64,000 nt of DNA, from contig NC_068996.1 of NCBI RefSeq assembly GCF_001194135.2, forward strand, positions 49,474,577 to 49,538,576. The letters run 5' to 3'. Below the pieces are notes generated by a model. It was not told the DNA's origin. It made no database searches and worked only from the letters and a program-made list of their open reading frames with translations. A program made the translations under genes and the position numbers. This stretch comes from Octopus bimaculoides. Taxonomy: Eukaryota. Shown in pieces: positions 13,204 to 23,973 of this stretch (positions are counted from its first letter, which is position 1; each line of letters starts with the position of its first letter).

Positions 13204-13363
13204 GACACAGGTGTGGCTATGTGGTAAGAAGCTTGCTTCCCAACCTCATGGTTCTGGATTCAGTTCCACTGCATGGCACCTTGGCCTAGTGTCTTCTACT
13301 ATAGCCTCGGGCCGACCAAAGCCTTGTGAGTGGATTTGGTAGGTGGAAACCGGAAGAAGCCTG

Positions 13364-13400
<37 letters not shown>

Positions 13401-13565
13401 TGTGTATATGATGGTGTGTTTATGTCCCTGTAACTTAGCAGTTTGGCAAAATTGATCAATAGAATAATTACTAGGCTTACAAATAAGTCCTGGGGTCAGT
13501 TTGTTCAACCAAGACAGTGCTCCAGCATGGCCACAGTCAAATGACTTAAACAAGTAAAATAATAA
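13203..13565 (+). mobile_element. SINE family A
   Basis: Head, (TG)n centre and tail match the family. Confidence 0.85.
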
Positions 13566-13790
13566 AAGAATATATATATACATCACGGGTTTCTTTCATT
13601 TTCCATCTATTGAATCCACTGACAAGGTTTAGTAGAAGACACTTGCCAGGTGCCATACACACAGTGGGACTGAACCCAGAACCATGTGATTGGGAAGCAG
13701 ACGTTTTACTACACAGCCACTCCTATGCCTATACCTCCATTTTATTCCTGTGTTTATACTTATTTATTTAGTAACCTCTGCTGAATGAAT

Positions 13791-13814
13791 GGTTAGGGTT
13801 AGGGTTAGGGTTAA
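13791..13814 (+). repeat. Interstitial (TTAGGG)n tract
   Basis: ggttagggttagggttagggttaa. Confidence 0.8.
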
Positions 13815-15131
13815 TCCTTTTGACATAAACAGATGATGCAATTTCAGTCACTGCTTATCATGGTTATAAACAAACAGAAGCAAACACACACACATACATA
13901 CTAGCCATATATGTGTATATTTGCTGTGTGTGTATGTGTATGTGCAGCTATGGCTGTTTGGTTATGAAGTCAGGTTCTGGACCATACAGTTTCTGGTCTT
14001 GTCTTGGTGTTGAACATTTGGCAAGTGTCATCTCCTACAAATCTGATTTAACTGAAAACTTGTAAGTGAATTTGGTGGATGGAAACTGAAAGACAAAGTG
14101 CATCCACGCGTGTGTGTGTGTGTGTCAAAGCTAGCCTTCTGCGTTGTTTCAGTCAAACACTGCTTAGAAAGCATTGGCCAACCTGAAGCAACTCAAGATA
14201 CTGTAGTCAAGACATTTGCTTAAGGTATTGTGCAGTGGGACTATCACAAAACAAACCGGTTTTAGATTGAACCGCTTAACCACATGGCAATATACATTAT
14301 TGATGCACTTAATATATTTAACCTTTTAGCATTTAGATTACTCTGTCAAATGTAATGCACAGGACCTGAAATTTTAGGGGAGGGGTATAGTCAATTACAT
14401 TGGCCCCAGTACTCAACTGGTACTTAATTTATTGACCCCAAAAGGGATGAAAGGCAAAGTTGACCTCAGCAGAATTTGAACTCACAATGTGAAGATGGGG
14501 AAAATGCCACTAAGTATTTTACCTGATGTGCTAATGATTCTCCCACCTCGCCACCTTAATAATAATCATCATCATCATCATCATCATCATCGTTTAACGT
14601 CCGCTTTCCATGCTAGCATGGGTTGGACGATTTGACTGAGGTCTGGTGAAACCAGATGGCTACACCAGGCTCCAATCTAATTTGGCAGAGTTTCTACAGC
14701 TGGTTCAAATTTTGGCACAGTTGGCCTCAACAGAATTTAAACTCAGAATGTAAAGAGTTAGAAGAATTACCATTAAGCATTTAGTATTATTTTAGTAATT
14801 TGAATTATTTATGAATAAAAGTTCTGTGGGACTTTATTGGAACCTTATTTGTTCATACACAACTGTGTATATTACCAATTATCCTGGTGATAAAGCATCA
14901 CAAATGTTAATCATCTAAAGTCAGCAGCAGCAGCAGCAGCAGTAGTAGTATGAGGAACTGCACTGTAATAATGCATCACTGCAACCACCATTTGTTGGTG
15001 ATTCTCTACTTTTCCTAGCAGAGGACACCTCTGCACCACTCACGCAACAACCCTCCAACCCATGGGTCTGTTTGGGTAGTCATTGCTGGTTAAGGGTTTT
15101 ACGAGGTCAGAGTGCAAATCATACTGGAACT

Positions 15132-16068
15132 TCTTTTAATCCCTTTTTACAACACACATTGGGTCTATTCTTTGATATACTGGTCTCCACGGATCACTAG
15201 AACAACATAAAATGAAGTTTAGAAGTAATGCATTTCTAAATCTCTCAGAGAGATTTATGCAGTAGCGATGCGATAAAGTAGTTGTATGCTGTCAACTTAA
15301 TGTGACAGTCCCCTGAAGGGAATAATACTACTGTTGGTTAGCCCTAGGAAGCTGCACCGCTTCCTGTCGGCCTTGACACATTTCCTGTGTACTTATGTTT
15401 GCAAGGGGGAGACAAGCACCTCCACCCAGCTAAGCCTGCATCCAGAGACATGTTTCTGAGTCTTTGCTTGTCATCAGTTCTATTTTTGAAATCAGTGAAT
15501 GTGTTCAATAGAATTATTATATGTTTACGAGAGCTTGACAGGCATCTCCAACTAGCAGGCCATTGCTGCTCCAGACTGATGATGAGCAAAGACTCAGAAA
15601 CATGTCTCTGGATGCAGGCTTAGCTGGGTGGAGGTGCTTGTCTCCCCCTTGTAAACATAAGGACACAGGAAATGTGTCAAGGCCGACAGGAAGCGGTGCA
15701 GCTTCCTAGGTCTAAACAACAGTAGTATTATTCCCTTCAGGGGACTGTCACATTAAGTTGACAGCATACAACTACTTCATCGTATCACTACTGCATAAAT
15801 CTCTCTGAGTGATTTAGAAATGTATTATTTCTAAACTTCATTTTATGTTCTAGTGATCCGTGGAGACCAGTATATCAAAGAATAGACCCAATGTGTGTTG
15901 TAAAAAGGGATTAAAAGAGGTGTGCTTGTCTCCCCCTTGTAAACAAAAGGACACAGGAAATGTGTCAAGGCTGACAGGAAGCGGTGCAGCTTCCTAGGTC
16001 TAACCAACAGTAGTATCATTCCCTTCAGGGGACTGTCACATTAAGTTGACAGCATACAACTACTTCAT
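15132..16068 (+). mobile_element. Fold-back non-autonomous element with a hammerhead ribozyme (PLE pLTR- or retrozyme-like)
   Basis: Inverted arms 15132-15478 and 15575-15918 (12 substitutions plus one 3-bp indel by my count), a 96-bp spacer, and a direct re-copy of 15634-15780 at 15922-16068. The hammerhead sits at the spacer/right-arm junction. Confidence 0.75.
15566..15617 (+). ncRNA. Minimal type I hammerhead ribozyme
   Basis: CTGC-TCCAGA (stem I), CTGATGA core, TGAG-caaaga-CTCA (stem II), GAAAC-AT-GTC (palindromic ACATGT stem III, GUC triplet, predicted cut after 15606), then TCTGGA-t-GCAG (stem I partner). Confidence 0.8.
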
Positions 16069-17183
16069 AAAATGAAGTGTTTAGCTCAATAACACATTCT
16101 ACTATCCAGTTTGGGAATCAAACCCACAATCTGGTGATCATGAATGCAACACCTTAACCACTAGGTTACACACCTCCACATCATCTAAAGCAATGGTTCT
16201 CAACCATATTTTTTTACGTTTGGTCCCCTTTGATTCTTATTTTGCTTAGATAGACTCTCCTAGCCATTCGATGTTTAAAAAAATCCTTTTGTATTTTTTT
16301 TATTATTAAATATTATAANNNNNNNNNNNNNNNNNNNNNNNNNNNNNNNNNNNNNNNNNNNNNNNNNNNNNNNNNNNNNNNNNNNNNNNNNNNNNNNNNN
16401 NNNNNNNNNNNNNNNNNNNNNNNNNNNNNNNNNNNNNNNNNNNNNNNNNNNNNNNNNNNNNNNNNNNNNNNNNNNNNNNNNNNNNNNNNNNNNNNNNNNN
16501 NNNNNNNNNNNNNNNNNNNNNNNNNNNNNNNNNNNNNNNNNNNNNNNNNNNNNNNNNNNNNNNNNNNNNNNNNNNNNNNNNNNNNNNNNNNNNNNNNNNN
16601 NNNNNNNNNNNNNNNNNNNNNNNNNNNNNNNNNNNNNNNNNNNNNNNNNNNNNNNNNNNNNNNNNNNNNNNNNNNNNNNNNNNNNNNNNNNNNNNNNNNN
16701 NNNNNNNNNNNNNNNNNNNNNNNNNNNNNNNNNNNNNNNNNNNNNNNNNNNNNNNNNNNNNNNNNNNNNNNNNNNNNNNNNNNNNNNNNNNNNNNNNNNN
16801 NNNNNNNNNNNNNNNNNNNNNNNNNNNNNNNNNNNNNNNNNNNNNNNNNNNNNNNNNNNNNNNNNNNNNNNNNNNNNNNNNNNNNNNNNNNNNNNNNNNN
16901 NNNNNNNNNNNNNNNNNNNNNNNNNNNNNNNNNNNNNNNNNNNNNNNNNNNNNNNNNNNNNNNNNNNNNNNNNNNNNNNNNNNNNNNNNNNNNNNNNNNN
17001 NNNNNNNNNNNNNNNNNNNNNNNNNNNNNNNNNNNNNNNNNNNNNNNNNNNNNNNNNNNNNNNNNNNNNNNNNNNNNNNNNNNNNNNNNNNNNNNNNNNN
17101 NNNNNNNNNNNNNNNNNNNNNNNNNNNNNNNNNNNNNNNNNNNNNNNNNNNNNNNNNNNNNNNNNNNNNNNNNNNNNNNNNNN

Positions 17184-17234
<51 letters not shown>

Positions 17235-18145
17235 CGATAGGCTTCTTTCAATTTCCGTCTACCAAACCCACTTGGCCTGAGGCTATAGTAGAAGACACTT
17301 GACAAGGTGCCACACAATGCGACTGAACCTGGAACCATGTTGTCGGTAAGCAAGCTACTTACCACACAGCCACTCCTGATATATATATATTTTTTATCTT
17401 TTCTTTTGTCTGGACTGCCCATGCTGGGACATTTGTCTTGAAGATTTTTAATGAAACTTACCATAGTAGTTAGTTTATTGGTGTTTTTTTCTTTTCTTTT
17501 TAAAGTCTGGTGCTTATTTCATTGGTCTCTCATTGTTCTACTTAGTTACAAGGATGTAAACAAACCAACACCAGCTGTCAAGCATGGGAGTAGTTTGACA
17601 AAGCAACAAACACACACACATATATATATATACACACACAATAGGCTTCCACACAGTTTGTCTTCCAAATTCATTCACAAGACATTGGCAACCATCTTTG
17701 TTCTAAAGGGTTAATGAAACCAGTGTGAACCCTAGAATATAACCAAAATGCATATCATATAGTATTCTTGTTGGAAGCATTCTAATGAACCACTTGAAGC
17801 CTGGCTTAAGAATGATTCTTGTAAATTTTTGTCTCATCATACGGTTGACACTGATGGAAACAGATTTTTTTTCTACCTCAGCTTTGTCGTAATGAATCTG
17901 ATAATACATGTGTAATATAAACGCATGTTTGTGTGCTTGTATTTATTTTCTATGAAGTTGTCTTTCTACTGTCATGGTAACAAATTAAGTGAAACAGATA
18001 ATCGTTAACAGTTAAGTCCTATCTCCCTGCTTTATTATCTCACATTGACATAAATATATTTATTGCAATCAGAGCTCCATTGCTCTCGACCGTTTCATCT
18101 CAGACGAACAATACATGTCGTACCATTTGTCTGTGTGTCATACTG

Positions 18146-18195
<50 letters not shown>

Positions 18196-18427
18196 AGGGA
18201 GAGAGAGAGGTTCATTAACTCCTGTCAAACCATCTGACTTCCGCCTGCTGATATAGAAAATAGTAATCAAATGATGATGATGATGACAAAATTATATTGA
18301 TAAATTCTTTGTTCCATATTCAGTTCCACAGTATGGCACTTTAAGCAAGTGTCTTCTACTATAGCCCTGCCCAACTGAAGTCTTGTGATTGAATTTGATA
18401 GATGGAAACTGAAAGAAGCCTGTCATA

Positions 18428-18641
18428 TGAGGAGGTCCTGAAAAGTTCCTGGCTTTAACAGTATGGTGAAAGGTCGAGTTGGAGGCTCAACCTTCCAAGT
18501 TCTTTTACTGGGCTTAAAAAAACTGAAGAACCGCTGTAATAAGTGTGTGAATCTGAGAGGGGAATATGTTAGATAAAATCATAATTAACTGGTCCTTTTG
18601 TATTTTCTTTTACCTAAAGCCAGGAACTTTTCAGTACCTCT
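18428..18641 (+). mobile_element. Mariner internal-deletion derivative nested in a SINE
   Basis: TIRs GAGGAGGTCCTGAAAAGTTCCTGGCTTTA / TAAAGCCAGGAACTTTTCAGTACCTCT with TA on both sides. Internal KKLKNRCNKCVNLRGEYVR* resembles the mariner transposase C-terminus (KCIxxxGxYVE). Confidence 0.8.
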
Positions 18642-18820
18642 TATATATGTGTGTGTGTGTGTATGCGTCTGTCCCCTATCAATGCTTGACAACTGGTGTT
18701 GGTTTGTTTACATTCCTGTAACTTAGCGATTTGGCAAAACAGAGATTAAACACCAGATTTTTTTTTAAAGCCTAAGTACCTTCGAGACAGTGCCCCAGCA
18801 TGACCACAATCAAACGATTG

Positions 18821-19575
18821 AAACAAGTAAAAGATAAAAGATATACTGGGATTGATTTGTTCAACTAAAACCCTTCAAGGTGGTGCCCCAGCATGGCCAC
18901 AGTGCAATGACTGAAACAAGTAAAAGATATATTGGGATTGAATTGTTCAANNNNNNNNNNNNNNNNNNNNNNNNNNNNNNNNNNNNNNNNNNNNNNNNNN
19001 NNNNNNNNNNNNNNNNNNNNNNNNNNNNNNNNNNNNNNNNNNNNNNNNNNNNNNNNNNNNNNNNNNNNNNNNNNNNNNNNNNNNNNNNNNNNNNNNNNNN
19101 NNNNNNNNNNNNNNNNNNNNNNNNNNNNNNNNNNNNNNNNNNNNNNNNNNNNNNNNNNNNNNNNNNNNNNNNNNNNNNNNNNNNNNNNNNNNNNNNNNNN
19201 NNNNNNNNNNNNNNNNNNNNNNNNNNNNNNNNNNNNNNNNNNNNNNNNNNNNNNNNNNNNNNNNNNNNNNNNNNNNNNNNNNNNNNNNNNNNNNNNNNNN
19301 NNNNNNNNNNNNNNNNNNNNNNNNNNNNNNNNNNNNNNNNNNNNNNNNNNNNNNNNNNNNNNNNNNNNNNNNNNNNNNNNNNNNNNNNNNNNNNNNNNNN
19401 NNNNNNNNNNNNNNNNNNNNNNNNNNNNNNNNNNNNNNNNNNNNNNNNNNNNNNNNNNNNNNNNNNNNNNNNNCGATTGAAACAAGTAAAAGATAAAAGA
19501 TATACTGGGATTGATTTGTTCAACTAAAACCCTTCAAGGTGGTGCCCCAGCATGGCCACAGTCCAATGACTGAAA
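18821..19575 (+). repeat. 93-bp tandem satellite derived from the SINE-A tail (spans a gap)
   Basis: Unit AGATATACTGGGATTGATTTGTTCAACTAAAACCCTTCAAGGTGGTGCCCCAGCATGGCCACAGT...GAAACAAGTAAAAGATAAA, period 93 (18821/18914), present on both sides of the gap. Confidence 0.75.
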
Positions 19576-20131
19576 TGATAAAAGATTGAAGATATTTTCA
19601 CAATTAATTTGTTACCATATCTCTCTCTTCGACAGAGATATGGTAACAAAAAGCAGTTAAACCAATACAGAAGTTCCTTTTTTTTATTTTTATTTTCTTT
19701 TATTTTCTTTCTAAATTTTCTTAACAGAAGACTATGTTTCCACGATATAATTTTCTTTTCTTCTGAGAAACAAAGTTAGTTGAATGACAGAACCCCATAG
19801 GAACAACGTAAATTACAAAATCAATCAAGTTCTGAAATGAACATGTATTGTATTGATTTGTATATGACTGAATTAGGCTGTGGTGGTGGTGGTGGTGGTG
19901 GTGGAGGAGGGGAGTGAGTGGAGGAATAAAGGTTGAACCAAGTGTTGGCTTGAAGTTTGTGATGATGCCAGCAATTCCAGTGTAACAGAAGATACCAAAG
20001 TAATGCCAGAGAGTAAATAAAAACAATGAGGTTAATTATATATTTTCTTTATATAATGTGTGTGTGCGTGTGTAGTGACTGCTTTTTTGTATAACAGCAG
20101 AACCATTGCTAGAAAGAATCATTCAAATGAG

Positions 20132-20335
20132 TTATTGATAATGCATTGTATGACTCTTGAGTCCGGTCAAAGATTTACACATTCTATTGCATAATGCACG
20201 ACAGTGCTGGCTGGCAGAGGGAACAGGTACCATAGTATGAATTCTTTTGACATGCTTTTTCAATCCTCCAGCTGAGAGGCACATCTTTCCACATATTGCA
20301 CATGTTCTGTTGTCAACAATAGCCAAATCACAATT
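20132..20335 (-). mobile_element. C-terminal C2H2-finger remnant of a second RTE-type LINE
   Basis: CAICGKMCLSAGGLKKHVKRIH and ALCNRMCKSLTGLKSHTMH followed by a stop. The CKSxxGLKSH pattern resembles RTE ORF ends, and there is no TGEKP linker. Confidence 0.6.
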
Positions 20336-20422
20336 TACACACACGCAAACACACATAAATACACATACACACATGCATATATACACACTTATGCACGTGT
20401 GTGTGTATGCGTGTTTATATAT

Positions 20423-21972
20423 ATCATCATCATCCTTGTCATCGTTTAACGTCCGCTTTCCATGTTGGCATGGGTTGGATGGATTGACTGAGGACTGGTG
20501 AGCCAGATTGGCTGCACCAGGCTCCAATCTGATCTGGCAGTTTCTACAGCTGGGTGCTTTTATGTGCCACCGGCACAAAGGCCAGTCAGGCAGTACTGGC
20601 AATGGCCACGCTCAAATGGTGTTTTTTGCGTGCTACCTGCACAAGAGCCAGTCCAGCAATGACTGGCAACGACCTTACTCGAATGTTTTGTTCACGTGCC
20701 ACCAGCACAAGTGCCAGTAAGGCGACACTGGTAACAATCACGCTCGAATGGTGCTTTTTATGTGCCACCAGCACGGGAGCCAGTCAGCAGCCCTTGCAAC
20801 GATCACGCTTGGATGGTGCCCTTAGTGCTCCTCTAGCACAGATGCCAGTCATGCAGTGCTATCATCAAATTTGATTTCGATTTCACTTGCCTGAATAGGT
20901 CTTCTCAAGCAGAGTTTAGTGTCAAATGAAGGAAAGTGGGATGGTTACACCCACTGGCATAGGCCACAGGTTATGGTCTCACTTGGCATGCCGGGTCTTC
21001 TCAAGCACAGCATATTTCCAAAGGTCTCAGTCACTAGTCATTACCTTGGTGAGGCCTAATGTTCGAAGGTCATGATTCACCACCTCATCCCATGTCTTCC
21101 TGGGTCTACCTCTTCCACAAGTTCCCTCTACTGCTAGGGCGTGACACTTTTTCACACAGCTATCCTCATCTATTCTCACCACATGACCATACCAGTGCAG
21201 TCGTCTCTCCTGCACACCACAACTGATGCTTCTTAGGTCCAACTTTTCTTTCAAGGTACTTACACTGTCAAGTATGCACACTGACATTACTCATCCATCG
21301 GTGCATACTGGCNNNNNNNNNNTGCTTCTTAGGTCCAACTTTTCTTTCAAGGTACTTACACTGTCAAGTATGCACACTGACATTACTCATCCATCGGTGC
21401 ATACTGGCTTCATTCCTTGCAAGCTTACACATGTCCTCAGCAGTCACGGCCCATGTTTCACTGCCATGTAGCATGGCTGTTCGCACATATGCATCGTATA
21501 ATCTACCTTTTACTCTGAGTGAGAGGCCCTTTATCACCAGCAGAGGTAAGTGCTCTCTAAACTTTGCCCAGGCTATTCTTATTCTAGCAGCTACACTTTC
21601 AGAGCACCCACCCCTGCTACTGACTTGGTCACCTAGGTAACAGAAGCTATCAACTACTTCTAGTTTTTCTCCCTGGAATGTGACAGAAGTTGTTCTCTGC
21701 ACATTTTCAGTGTTTATTGCTCCTGAACATCAGTCACATACAAAAACTGACTTCCTAGTTAACCTGCCTTTGATATTGCTGCACCTCTTATGTGTCCATA
21801 GCTTACACTGGATACATCTTATAGAGTTTCTACCTATGCCTTTTCAATAGATCGAGCAGGGCCATCTACCTGAAGGGGTTTGTGGTTTGTTTGCCTTCCT
21901 ACTTATTAAGACTTTGCTTATAGCTAAGTTGACTCTAAGGCCCTTCAATTCTAATCCTTGCTTCCACTTATA
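20423..21972 (-). mobile_element. 5'-truncated RTE-clade LINE (RT C-terminal half + 3' UTR), degenerate
   Basis: Minus translation: KWKQGLELKGLRVNLAISKVLI, a Cys-rich insert, LEVVDSFCYLGDQV...RIRIAWAKFRE...AMLHGSETWAV, RRLHWYGHVVR...GRGRPRKTWDEVV. The 3' UTR has ~65-bp subrepeats and a (GAT)n tail. Confidence 0.92.
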
Positions 21973-22174
21973 TTTTATGAATATTTTTTTTAATATTCAT
22001 ATGTGTCAATATGTATTAATATATGCATACACATTTTAAGTCAAAATTATAAATGTATGAGTATGGTTGCCTAATTTGAGTTTATATCTTAATTACCATA
22101 TATATATATATTATGGAGATGTAGTTGCATAGCAAGTGACCTGATCTAAGATCATGTGCTGGAACGAAAATAAT

Positions 22175-22460
22175 TTGCAGCGTGGAAGGTGTTTATAAGC
22201 CATTTAAGAAACACACAAAAAACATTAGATTCACTTGAACATTTAAATTTAATTTGCCAAAATATTTTCGTCGCTTTGAGACCGCGACCTGTTCACTGAC
22301 AAAATTCCGTGCTGCAGTACAGCATGGAATTTTGTCAGTGAACAGGTCGCGGTCTTAAAGCGATAAAAATATTTTGGCAAATAAAATTTAAATGTTCAAG
22401 TGAATCTAACGGTTTTTGTGTGTTATTTTTAATGGCTTATAAACACCTTCCACACTGCAA
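22175..22460. mobile_element. Palindromic fold-back element carrying a hammerhead in each arm
   Basis: Arms 22175-22314 and 22320-22460 are reverse complements (about 10 differences in 140 bp) around a 5-nt loop, CAGTA. Confidence 0.8.
22253..22303 (-). ncRNA. Minimal type I hammerhead ribozyme, G3:C8 core variant
   Basis: Minus strand: TTTGTCA (stem I), GTGAACA core, G, GTCGC-ggtctcaaa-GCGAC (stem II), GAAA-ATAT-TT (palindromic AATATT stem III, UUU triplet), TGGCAAA (stem I partner, one G:U). The right-arm copy has lost GAAA (gcgataaaa). Confidence 0.65.
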
Positions 22461-23413
22461 TTGTTTATATATATAGCAATNNNNNNNNNNNNNNNNNNNN
22501 NNNNNNNNNNNNNNNNNNNNNNNNNNNNNNNNNNNNNNNNNNNNNNNNNNNNNNNNNNNNNNNNNNNNNNNNNNNNNNNNNNNNNNNNNNNNNNNNNNNN
22601 NNNNNNNNNNNNNNNNNNNNNNNNNNNNNNNNNNNNNNNNNNNNNNNNNNNNNNNNNNNNNNNNNNNNNNNNNNNNNNNNNNNNNNNNNNNNNNNNNNNN
22701 NNNNNNNNNNNNNNNNNNNNNNNNNNNNNNNNNNNNNNNNNNNNNNNNNNNNNNNNNNNNNNNNNNNNNNNNNNNNNNNNNNNNNNNNNNNNNNNNNNNN
22801 NNNNNNNNNNNNNNNNNNNNNNNNNNNNNNNNNNNNNNNNNNNNNNNNNNNNNNNNNNNNNNNNNNNNNNNNNNNNNNNNNNNNNNNNNNNNNNNNNNNN
22901 NNNNNNNNNNNNNNNNNNNNNNNNNNNNNNNNNNNNNNNNNNNNNNNNNNNNNNNNNNNNNNNNNNNNNNNNNNNNNNNNNNNNNNNNNNNNNNNNNNNN
23001 NNNNNNNNNNNNNNNNNNNNNNNNNNNNNNNNNNNNNNNNNNNNNNNNNNNNNNNNNNNNNNNNNNNNNNNNNNNNNNNNNNNNNNNNNNNNNNNNNNNN
23101 NNNNNNNNNNNNNNNNNNNNNNNNNNNNNNNNNNNNNNNNNNNNNNNNNNNNNNNNNNNNNNNNNNNNNNNNNNNNNNNNNNNNNNNNNNNNNNNNNNNN
23201 NNNNNNNNNNNNNNNNNNNNNNNNNNNNNNNNNNNNNNNNNNNNNNNNNNNAGCATGAAACGTGCGTACTGCAATCACCTTTAAAATCCATGTTGCTTAT
23301 TTTGAATTTTTGATCACCTAGTTTTTTGGAATGGTTTTTGTATAATACCATAATACTATATTCTGGTGCCTAAACATAAGTACCATATTCAATCTTGAAT
23401 CTAAATCTAAACC

Positions 23414-23482
<69 letters not shown>

Positions 23483-23929
23483 TTTGTATATCTTCTGATA
23501 ATTATATCGTTAGAGTACCTCTGTGTTAGCAAGTGTATGCATGTTGTGTTTGTATGTTACAGAAGGATGAGCAACCGTTGTATTTGTGAACCTAGTTACT
23601 GTTATTGTCACAGCTACTGAACAATGCTCAATTCACATGTGTTGTCATGTGGTTGGTTAAACGCCAACACACAGCATTAAACAAGACAACTGCCTCACTG
23701 AATGAATCTCTCTCTCTCTCCCTCCCTCTTTCCCTCTCGCTTTCTATTTTCTTCTGTTGTTGAATGAATGTAAATTTGATATTCTTATCTCACAATAATA
23801 TCAAATTGACTTTCTGGCCGTGTAAATAGAATTGTGTAAAAATAAGTTGGGACTGTGATCTACTTTTGACTTCTGGGTCAAAAGAAAGACGTGAACACAG
23901 CATTCGTCTTCCTGTGTAAATAAGTGCGG

Positions 23930-23973
<44 letters not shown>

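Noticed and set aside
14630-14660. CTGAGGA...GAAAC in RTE 3' UTR antisense copies
   Set aside because: The 5-nt spacer (CTGGT) cannot form stem II and there is no stem I, so it is not a hammerhead.
18821-19575. CRISPR-like array
   Set aside because: Eukaryotic context, head-to-tail units with no unique spacers, and derived from a SINE tail.
20132-20335. Possible member of the octopus C2H2 zinc-finger gene expansion
   Set aside because: Only two fingers, no TGEKP linkers, no splice context, and an RTE-type signature, so a LINE remnant is more likely.
21226-21420. Direct duplication around the 10-N gap in the RTE
   Set aside because: Identical flanks either side of a minimal gap indicate an unmerged contig overlap. 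The same applies at 57605-57700.
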